Source: Octopus sinensis (lineage: Eukaryota). Taken from it: a stretch of 64,000 bases of DNA. Shown one piece after another: positions 53,674-64,000 of the stretch; the first letter of the stretch is position 1; each line of letters opens with the position of its first letter. The position numbers and the translations under genes are program-made. The stretch covers positions 4,030,001 through 4,094,000 of the forward strand of contig NC_043017.1 of the NCBI RefSeq assembly GCF_006345805.1. The letters are read 5' to 3'. The notes under the pieces were generated by a model. It did not search any database. It was given only the letters and a program-made list of their open reading frames with translations, and was not told the DNA's origin.

Positions 53674-54389
53674 CACACATACATATGTACACACATATAT
53701 ATACACGTGTATGTATGCATATATGCTTCATGTATGTGTGTGCATGTGTGTGTGTGTGTGCGAGTGTGTATACGTGTGTGTGTATGTGAGTAGGGGTGCG
53801 CGCGTACGCAAGTAAAGAAAAGGTATATAGCATGGGAACTGAGGGGGTGAAACCGAAAGAAATTTGCCGAGTGCGAAGAAGGGAGATGGGGCAAACCAGG
53901 AGAGAGGCGTGGTGGCCACAGTGGGGTTGAGGAGGAGGATGAAGAGGAGAGAGCGCAAACAAAAGGAGTGATGAATGGAAGGCGGAGGTAAGAGTACCCG
54001 GGGAGGAATTCATAATTCCGATCGGGTATGACCTACCTGAGCACGTTGACATCTCATAATATTGATGAATCTTAGTCATGTTACATAACACGCCTTAAAA
54101 GCACACACAGACACACACAGGGATAAAAAAGAAAAAGGCGAGAGATAGAAAATGGATTTGGACGCATTCATATGCATGAACACACTTTTATACATACATG
54201 CGTATATATACGTGAATGGCTAGATAGACAGATAGATAGATAGATAGATAGATAGATAAACATATATATATATTGTACACATCTATATATACACATGTAT
54301 ATATAAATACCAATATATACAAATATACATACATATATATATATATATAACCCCCCCCCCAATAAAAGAAAAAATACAAGGAGAAAACA

Positions 54390-54429
<40 letters not shown>

Positions 54430-54667
54430 ATATATATATATATATACATTACATACATACATACATACATATACACTTATCCTGTCTATTTCTATAAAAT
54501 CTGCATATATAAATATCTATAAATAGATGCATGCATTCATACATACATACATACATACATACATACACATACATACATACACGCGTATAAATATATACCT
54601 GTGTATATACATATATACTTTTTAAATATATATAACATTTACGCTTACTTATGTAAACATAATATGC

Positions 54668-54712
<45 letters not shown>

Positions 54713-55833
54713 TATATATATATGCCCCTGAACCAGTTGTTGAGTGTCCCACCCATGAGGAATCCAAGCTAGATGTGTCGAAGCAATCGTCGTGATTAAT
54801 AATAAATTCTCCTGAATTCCATCTTCCGTCTGTCATTTGCTATATATATGCATGTATAGATATATATATATAAGTATGTATGTATGTATGCATTATGTAT
54901 GTATGTATGTATGTATGTATGTATGTATGTATGTATGTATGTATGTATGTATGTATGTGTGTGTATGTATGTATGTATGTATGTATAATGGAAACACCTT
55001 AAAATTTCAAACAAATTATTTTAATATGGTGTAGGACTGCCTATATATATACTACATACATACATACTTGTATAATGTGTGTGTATATATATATAAGTAT
55101 ATTTAAAGTTAATATATTTCATATGTATATATATTATATCCATACATACAAACACACAGACACACACACATATACATGTATATAATATACACATATATAT
55201 ACGTTCATACATTCATACATACATACATGCATACATACATACATACATACATACATACATACACACATACTTTTCTGATAATTTTTCCACTTTAATAATT
55301 AGATGTTTATAAGTTATTTGACGTTCACCACTTATTAAAGTGTAGAATTTATGAGAAAAAAGCCATTTCTATTCAGTTTTTTACAAATATATAATACTGT
55401 ACCAAGGACTTTCTATATATTATTCTTCTACATATAAACACACGCATCCATACACTCACACATGCACACGCGCGTGTTTATGTATACATGCGTGCATATA
55501 CATATAAGTATATGTGTGCATATATACACACGCACTTAAACGTGCATCTTTATGGCTGCAAGACTGCGTGGTGGGTGTGTCTGTCTATAGTTTTGAAATG
55601 TTAGGCGAGATGAGAGGTGGTGGAAATATTATGAAGGAATACTGCCCTTGCTTGGAAGCTAGTGAGGGTCGGTGACATTGGGTCGTAGAAGTCATGGATC
55701 GGCCGGAATTTATACATTTCCCACTGACCTATGCCAGCATGGAAAAGCAGACGTTAAAACGTTGTTGACGATGATGATCATATATGTGTGTATATATATG
55801 TATATAATATATATATATATATTATATATATAT

Positions 55834-55872
<39 letters not shown>

Positions 55873-55897
55873 ATGATATATATATATATATATGTAA

Positions 55898-55933
<36 letters not shown>

Positions 55934-55943
55934 ATATATATAT

Positions 55944-55976
<33 letters not shown>

Positions 55977-56689
55977 TATATAATATATTATATATAATAT
56001 ATATAATATATATATATATATATAATATAATAATATATATATATTATATATATATATAATATATATATATATATGTAATTATATATGATATATATATATA
56101 TATAATGTATTATATATATATATATATTATATATATATGTATATATATATATATATATTATATATATATATAATATATATATATATTATGTATATATATA
56201 TGTTATATATATATATATATATATGTTTTTATATATATACATATATATATATACAGATATATATCTACATATATATATATATATGTATATATAATATATA
56301 TATATATATATCTATATATATTATATACACACATTATACATATAATATATATATATATATATATACTATATACATACATACATATGTGTGTGTGTGTGTG
56401 TGGGTGTGGAAGCACATGGCCTAGTGGTTAGAGCAGCAGACTCGCGGTTGAAGGATCGCGGGATCGCGGTCGCGGGTTCGAATCTAGACCGGGCGATGTT
56501 GTGTGTTTATGAGCGAAAACACCTAAGCTCCACGCGGCTCCAGCAGAAGGTAATGGTGGAATTTCTGCAGGCTCTTTCGCCCACAACTTTCTCTCACTCT
56601 TTCCTCCTGCATTTTGCAGCTCACCTGTGACGGACCGGCGTCCCGTCCAGGTGGGGAACCTATACGCCAAGGAAACCGGCCCAACCGAT

Positions 56690-57800
56690 AGCACCACAAC
56701 TACAAACGTCAAAGATATCAACATGAACGTGCCCATCACTGCTGGCCACCAACTACAACAACAACACCAGCATCACCAACAGACCATCGCCAACACCACC
56801 AACACAATCCCCCAAAGTACTATCACCAACACCAACATCACCACTAACAGCAACAGCACAAACACCAGTGCAATAACACCAGCATCATCACAAGTACATC
56901 AGTACCACCACCACAACAACAACAACAACAACAATAACAATAGCAGCATCAGCAACACCCCACCGCCACCAGCAACATCATCACCAACACCAGGAACAAC
57001 ATCAACAGCATCGTCAGAAACACACCACCACCACCACCACCACCGCCACCAACACAATCACCACCCCCACCACCATTACCACCACCCCCATCACCAATAC
57101 AGACTACACCTCCACCACCCCAATACCACCTACACCACCACCACCAACAACAACAACAACGACAGCACCACCCCCCACCACCTACACCACCAACAACAAT
57201 ACCAGCACCACCAACAAAAACACCACCCACCCACCCACCAATACCACCCCCATCCCATACAGACTACATTACACCACCAACACCCCCCCCACACACCACC
57301 AACACCACCTCCACCACCAATACCACCCCCCTCACCAATACAGACTACACCACCAACACCATCCCCCACATCACCACCACCAATACCTCCTCCACCACCA
57401 CCACCTCCACCACCAACATCACCACCTCCACCACCAATACCACCCCCATCACCAATACAGACTACGCCAACCACCAACACCCTCCCCCACACACACACCA
57501 CCACCACCTCCACCACCAATACCACCACCCCCACCAATACAGACTACACCACCAACACCCTCCCCCACACACCACCACCACCTCCACCACCAATACCACC
57601 CCCCTCACCAATACAGACTACACCACCAACACCATCCCCCACATCACCACCACCAATACCTCCTCCACCACCACCACCTCCACCACCAACATCACCAACA
57701 CCACCACCAATACCACCCCCATCACCAATACAGACTACACCACCAACCCCCACCACCACCGCCACCAATACCACCGCCACCACCGCCACCGCCACCATCC
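56690..57800. repeat. Degenerate (CCA/CAA)n tract with higher-order internal duplication
   Basis: Block about 57300-57470 repeated at about 57580-57750; recurring atacagactac motif. Confidence 0.85.
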
Positions 57801-58502
57801 CAACGAACAGTGGTAGCTATCTCTATAAAAATGTCTTGCTCTGTCTGTGTCCTTCATAAGGCTTTGTCAGTTTTTTCTTTAAGTCACCTCATTTCTTTTA
57901 TTCGAAACTTCGTAAAGAGAGCTTTTTTCTTCTCTCTCTTCGTTTACACGTAGGCCAGGAGACCCACCCACTCCAAAAATCACAATCCAACCGGTTCCCA
58001 CCTCCACCACATTCCGCTGTACCACCGCCGCCACCGCCACCACCGCCACCGCCACCGCAACCGCCGCCTCCACCACCGCCGCCGCCACCACATTCACGAA
58101 CATACCCCACGCAACAAGTTTCCAATAGCTACCATACACATCTACTCCATTCACCCGGTTGCGCCACAACCACAATCCACCCCGGTTACCAAACCAGCCA
58201 TCCACCACCACCACCACCACCACCTCGACCACTAACACCATCGCACACACAATCCCCACCGCCACCGCTGCCGCCGTTCCCACCGCCGCCACCCCGCCGA
58301 TTCCTGCAACATATACCTCTTACACAATACACCCTTTTCAGTGCTTTTCTCACCTTTTATTGAGGCAGTGGAGGAGAAAAGTGTCTTACTAGTTTCTCTA
58401 TTCTTCTTTCTCTCTCCTTCCCCCCTCTCTTTCTCCCCCCTCTCTCTCTCTCTAAATATATATATATATGTATGTATATATGTATGTATGAAGGATGTAT
58501 GA

Positions 58503-58542
<40 letters not shown>

Positions 58543-58616
58543 ATGTGTCTGTGTGTGTTTTTTGCAAGTATGGATATAATATATATACATATGAAATATA
58601 TATACTTTTATATATA

Positions 58617-58655
<39 letters not shown>

Positions 58656-58704
58656 TATACAGGTATGTACGTATGCATATATAGTTACCTATTTATGATA
58701 TTTT

Positions 58705-58735
<31 letters not shown>

Positions 58736-58744
58736 TAGATATAG

Positions 58745-58950
58745 AGATATTACGGAGATGTACTTGCATACCAAGTGACCCGATCTGAGATTGTGTGTTA
58801 AATGAAAAACAATTGCAGCGTGGAAGGTGTTTATAAGCCATTTAAAAACACGCGAAAACCGTTAGATTCACTTCAATATTTAAATTCAATTTTCCAAAAT
58901 ATTTTTGTCTCTTTGAGACCTCGACCTGTTCACTGTCAAAATTCCGTGCT
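58745..58950 (-). mobile_element. Second, decayed copy of the repeat family carrying the G3:C8 motif
   Basis: Aligns by eye with 7702-7900; GTGAACA retained (58933-58927) but GAAA changed to AAAA. Confidence 0.7.
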
Positions 58951-59174
58951 GCATATACACACACATACATATATACATATACATATATACGATGGGCTTC
59001 TTTCAGTTTCCGTCTACCAAATCCACTCACAAGGCTTTGGTCGGCCCGAGGCTATAGTAGAAGACACTTGCCCAAGGTGCCACGCAGTGGGACTGAACCC
59101 GGAACCATGTGGCTGGTAAGCAAGCTACTTACCACACACCCACTCCTAGTTATATACACAAAATTACCTGCAAC

Positions 59175-59915
59175 TATCATGACTTTTGGAGTTGACAGTA
59201 ATGAAGAATAGGTGATGCCTCCTCCGTTCCTTCCACAAATACGTAGAATTAATTCTGCTGGTTACATTCAGGTCCTGGAAACAGTTATGAAGCCCTGGGT
59301 AGACAAGGTACGCAATGGAAGGTTACACGTATTTCAGCAGGACTCTGTCCCACCACATAAGGCTCAAGCAATCCAAGAATGAATGGCTGACAATTTTCAT
59401 GACCACCTAACCCCTAACATTTGGCCTCCAAACTCATCTGGTCTCAATCCATTGGACTACCTTGTGTGGAATGTTGTTGAGAGGGAGGACGATCAACGTC
59501 CCCATAGCAGCACAGATTCTTCGAAAGCCGCCATAGTGAAAGTAATGTCCGATATGAATCGGGACCATTTAATTTGGGCATGTAGACGATTCAGACCTCA
59601 CACATAGAAACAGTTATTAATGCTGAAGATGGCTACATTGAATAAGATTATAAAGAACACAATCAAGTTCAGGGCTCCGCAACCTTTTTTCACCTGCGGC
59701 GGCACACCTGGACTGAAACTATAATTAAAAGTATAGAGAAAAAAATTATATTCAGACTACACTGCGGCATACTTAGCATCGTCTCGTGACACACCTGTGT
59801 ACCGCGGCACACCGGTTGCGGAGCACTGATCTGGTTCATATGTGCAATATTTTATCATTAATAAAGTTGCGTTCAGTTATGTTTTTCTAAAAAAAAATAC
59901 CAAATACCTCACGCA
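59175..59915 (+). mobile_element. DD37D (maT-type) transposon 3' half, with stops
   Basis: FQQDSVPPH...WPPNSSGLNPLDY with 37 positions between the two Asp residues; ends ETVINAEDGYIE*. Confidence 0.85.
59670..59828. mobile_element. hAT-like MITE nested in the DD37D element
   Basis: TIRs cagggctccgcaacc / ggttgcggagcactg; flanks atcaagtt / atctggtt. Confidence 0.8.
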
Positions 59916-60210
59916 CCTTGTGTGTGTGTGTGTGTGTGTGTATGTGTGTGTGTGTGTGTGTTTGTGTGTGTGTGTTACATAACTGACTGTTGTTGATAGG
60001 TTTTTGAAAAATGTAATTCGAAGTGTAACGACGTGAAGCATAATCCTTTTATCATCGGTTCATAACGATTTTATGAATTACATTCTTACAGTAAATTCCT
60101 AGTCACAAAAACATCAACAAATTTCTTTATAAAGACTTCTAGTATTAAACAATGAAATATGTGTGAGCTATAAATATTTTTAAAAAGATTACAGGTACTC
60201 GTTAAGATAA

Positions 60211-61450
60211 CACTGGTCAGCAAAATTAAATGTACTATACTCATTATGAATGAGTCCGTGTGATTTGGGGAAACTTTTCTACAATATACTCAAACCCTCT
60301 GGAATTTCTCTTCCCTAGTGTCTTTACAAACTGTTTCATCAGGCCAAGCTTTATGTGCAAAGGAGACAATAGGACATTACATGGAGCTACAAGAGGTGTA
60401 TTCTAGACGCTAGACAGTCCTGACTGGTAAGATGTTTTGGCCTGCCAGTTTGACTCTGAATAACGTCTGTCAGTTGCCCATTATCCCATAGACACAAGAA
60501 ACAACAGTATTTTGTGGAACCTGACTGTATTCCCATTAACATTCCAATGACTTTTAAAGCTCCACGTATTTTCCATGAGTATCTTTCATAGGCAATGGCA
60601 TGAAGTAAAAGTTTCATATTCTCATATGATTCATGAATAGGAATGGAGGGCTTCAAATTACTATTAAGTTAGTTAGTTAGTTAGTTAATTTTTTGGCTCA
60701 AAAAGCAAAAAGCAAGGCCATGTAGGGGGACATGGAGTTATGTACAGGGTGGTGTTCATGTAAAGAGTTCAGGCCACTTGAGGTCAAGGGAGACTTTGAA
60801 CCGAGCGGTCGTCGGCATCTTCACTATCTCGTCCGGCAGCTTATTCCATGGATCCGCAACCAGGACGGAGAAAGCCCCTCTCCTTCAATTGAGATGAAAT
60901 CGTCGCAGATAGAGCTTTTCGAAGTGACCCTGCAGCCGACGCTCTAGAGCAGGAGTGAAGAACAGCTCTTTCGAGAGGTTACACTTTCCGCTTATGATGT
61001 TGTGAGCAAGAATGAGATCTCCACGGCGTCGTCATTTTTCTAGAGAATAAAGGTCGAGCGTCTTCAGCCTTTCTTCATAAGACAAATTCTTGAGACCAAG
61101 GGCAAGTACAGCTTTTAAACTTCGTTTCGAAGAGTCAATAAACAAACGCCATTCTGCAGGATCAGGATTTTGTAATAAACATTCGAAAAGTCCATCGATG
61201 TTACTGCAAAAGCAAAGCGGGCCTTCAACAGAAAAACCCGTTTGTAGAACCCCATTTCTCTGCCGAAAATAAGTTACAGGAACACCATTCTCTAGCAGAT
61301 GCTTCTCGTTCAGTCTTGATGCCAACAGTTCTGCTTTATCTTTTGAGAGGGATAGGTCTCTGACAAGGTCATTCAGTTCATCTTGGGAAAATTTCTGAGG
61401 TTCAAAGCTATCGTCATCAGCCACGTAATCTTCTTCAGCGGCACTATCGT
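60211..61450 (-). mobile_element. Chapaev3-like (CMC superfamily) transposon remnant
   Basis: ELNDLVRDLSLSKDKAELLASRL, WRLFIDSSKRSLKAVL, QSGSTKYCCFLCLWD, PLHIKLGLMKQFVK; terminus TAA|CACTG at 60211; family name from recalled motifs. Confidence 0.8.
60666..61103 (-). mobile_element. 5'-truncated CR1-like LINE inserted in the Chapaev3-like transposase
   Basis: LSYEERLKTLDLYSLEKRRRRGDLI...WNKLPDEIV with (TAAC)n tail; host frame LKAVL | NSNLKPSIPI resumes after it. Confidence 0.85.
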
Positions 61451-61452
61451 GA

Positions 61453-61670
61453 CAGTCAGCACGTAAAAAAGTACCCACTACACTCACGGAGTGGTTGGCG
61501 TTAGGAAGGGCATCCAGCTGTAGAAACACTGCCAGATCAGACTGGAGCCTGGTGCAGCCTTCTGGCTTTCCAGACTCCGGTCGACCGTCCAACCCGTGCT
61601 AGCATGGGAAACGGACGTTAAACGATGATGATGATGGTGATGGTGATGATGATGATGATGATGATGATGA
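61453..61670 (+). mobile_element. Retroposon 3' segment with (GAT)n tail
   Basis: ggagtggttggcgttaggaagggcatccagc...ggacgttaaacgatgatgatg; decayed relatives at 55630-55775 and 61680-61830(-). Confidence 0.7.
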
Positions 61671-61924
61671 TATATATATCATTGTTGTCATTTTAACATT
61701 CACTTTTCCATGCTTGGGTGGGTCAGATTGTAGATTTTCTACAGTTGGATGCCTTTCCTGTTGCCAAGTCCTTCTTGGTTTCCAAGCAAGGTAATATTCC
61801 CCTTTGGCCAGACATATTTTTGCAAAATATTGGAAATGAATGACAGTCATTTACAATACTCAGCTGAGATCAAGACAAGGAGACAAAAACAAACATTATA
61901 CACACACACACACACACACATGCA

Positions 61925-62255
61925 TGACTCAATGGTTAGAGCATTGGGCTTACAATCATGAGATTGTGAGTTCAAATCCTGGACCGAGCTGTGTGCTGTT
62001 TTCTTGAGCAAGACACTTTATTTCACGTTGCTCCAGTTCACTCAGCTGTAGAAATGAGTTGTGACATCACAGGTGCCAAGCTGTATCGGCCCCTTTGCCT
62101 TTACCTTGAGCAAACAGCAGAGGCATGAAGAGGGGAAACTGGTATGCATGGGCAATTGCCAGCCTTCCACAAATAACCTTGCCCAGACTTGTGCCTCGGA
62201 AAGAAAATTTCTGCATACAATCCCATGGTCATACATGATTGAAGGGGTCTTTACC
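61925..62255 (+). mobile_element. tRNA-derived SINE (head 2, tail W)
   Basis: cttgagcaagacactttatttcacgttg...cactcagctgtagaaatgag...tcccatggtcat; related copies 30935-31175(+), 39625-39905(+), 17465-17735(-). Confidence 0.8.
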
Positions 62256-62915
62256 TTTTACACACACAAACACACACACACGCGTGTAAAAGGAATCTTT
62301 CAGTTTCCATCTACCAAATCCACTCACAAGGCTTTGGTTGGCCTGGAGCTACAGTAGGAGACACTTATCCAAGGTGCCACATAGTGGGACTGAACCCAAA
62401 ACCATGTGGTTGGGAAGCCAACTTCTCAACCACACATTCATTTATTTAATTATCATTTTTAATCATCCATGGCACAGAACACAATGCCATGCGCAATCAA
62501 AATATGTACATATATTCACGTGTTGAGTTTTATTAATCTTGTTTGTTCTACCAAATCTGTGTCTGTCTGTCTGTGTCTGTGTCTGTCTGTCTGTCTGTCT
62601 GTGTCTGTGTCTGTCTGTCTGTCACCCCTCGTCAAGACATTATGCACTGATTAACAAATGTTCTTTTGCAATCTTCTGTAAAGATATGCCAGGACCACTG
62701 TTGTTCCTGTTCAATGGAATGCAGAAGGATACAGGTGAGTGATTACTTTGGAGATGGGTAATGAGAAGAGTAGCAGATCATAAAATAATATTCATCAATG
62801 AATTTCATGTAAGCATGGAACCGTTAAATTGATTATGATGCAATGAAGATGAAGATGTCCTTGTATCAAAATACTCATGTAGAGACACACACACACACAC
62901 ACACACAATCATACC

Positions 62916-63510
62916 TATTTCTTTATTACCCACAAGGGGCTAAACACAGAGAGGACAAACAAGGACAGACAAACGAATTAAGTCGATTACATCGACCCCA
63001 GTGCGTGACTGGTTCTTATTTTATCGATCCCGAAAGGATGAAAGGCAAAGTCGCCCTCGGCGGAATTTGAACTCAGAACATAGTCAAACAAAATACCTGT
63101 TTCTTTACTACCCACAAGGGGCTAAACACAGAGAGGACAAACAAGGACAGACAAATGGATTAAGTCGATTACATCGACCCCAGTGCATAACTGGTACTTA
63201 ATTTATTGACCCCGAAAGGATGAAAGGCAAAGTCGACCTCGGCGGAATTTGAACTCAGAACATAGTCAAACAAAATACCTATTTCTTTATTACCCACATG
63301 GGGCTAAACACAGAAGGGACAAACAAGGACAGACAAACGGATTGAGTCGATTACATCGACCCCAGTGCATAACTGGTACTTAATTTATCGACTCCGAAAG
63401 GATGAAAGGCAAAGTCAACCTCGGCGGAATTTGAACTCAGAACGTAACGGCAGACGAAATACGGCTACACATTTTGCCCGGCATGCTAACGTTTCTGCCA
63501 GCTCGCCGCC
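62916..63510 (-). mobile_element. SINE A array: one head plus three body units
   Basis: Units start at 62916, 63098 and 63280 (182 bp). Confidence 0.9.
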
Positions 63511-63654
63511 ATCACAATCATACCATCACAGACGTACAGAGGTACTATTGGAAAACAACAGTCATATATGCAAAAAAAAACACAAAATTGCCCTGCAGGT
63601 ATATACAGGTAAGAACATGCATAGGTCAGTTTATTATTAGTAGTAAGTTTGCCA

Positions 63655-63850
63655 GGTGGTAAGCTGGCAGAATCGTTAGCACGCCAGGCAAAATGCTTTG
63701 CAGTATTTTGTTTGTCTTTACATTCTGAGTTCAAATTCCTCCAAGGTTGACTTAGCTTTTCATTCTTTCAGGGTCAATAAAATAAGTACCAGGCGAGCAC
63801 TGGGGTTGATGTAATCAACTATCCCCCTCCACCAAAATTGAAGGACTTGT
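63655..63850 (+). mobile_element. SINE A-type copy
   Basis: ggtggtaagctggcagaatcgttagc...gagttcaaattcc. Confidence 0.8.
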
Positions 63851-64000
63851 GTGTACAGCTGAGAGGGTTAGGGTGAGTTTGAGGGAATCATTCAGTGTTG
63901 GACAAAATGGTTGACTATGCTCGGCCCGAGGCTATAGTGGAAGACACTTGCCCGAGGTGGCACACAGTGGGACTGAAGCCGGAACCATGTTGCTGGTAAG

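Noticed and set aside
53495-54091. 198-aa minus-strand ORF with a non-repetitive N-terminus
   Set aside because: Mostly microsatellite; no recognisable domain or splice support
54745-54800. Decayed hammerhead-like stretch
   Set aside because: Core shortened and GAAG instead of GAAA
60325-60350. CTGATGA on the minus strand (also one inside exon 6)
   Set aside because: Part of coding sequence (GLMKQ, GLMKE) with no stems

Overview
AT-rich, microsatellite- and SINE-saturated eukaryotic DNA. The repeat families look cephalopod, most likely Octopus (inference, species not verifiable here). One protein-coding gene is well supported: a minus-strand cytoplasmic intermediate filament (IF) gene. I assembled six in-frame GT-AG coding exons (22030-21576, 13672-13486, 9707-9612, 6367-6203, 3519-3394, 1843-1623; 1250 nt) covering the head and complete rod; tail exons are not in the window. 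A TATA/Inr-like core promoter lies at about 22218-22253. The ~42 kb upstream has no supportable host gene. It holds tRNA-derived SINEs, MITEs (hAT-, Tc1-, piggyBac-like), decayed mariner, DD37D and Chapaev3-like transposases, CR1/RTE LINE ends and a 100-N gap. The most unusual signal is a set of minimal type-I hammerhead-ribozyme-like motifs from about five unrelated repeat families, probably Penelope-like remnants, often inside long inverted repeats. They include cores with swapped 3-8 pairs (G3:C8 in two loci, U3:A8 in one) and an inverted pair in IF intron 1. Also notable are head-plus-multimer SINE arrays that share one junction, and SINEs built from interchangeable heads and tails. Splice sites and hammerhead coordinates were read base by base; most repeat boundaries are approximate.
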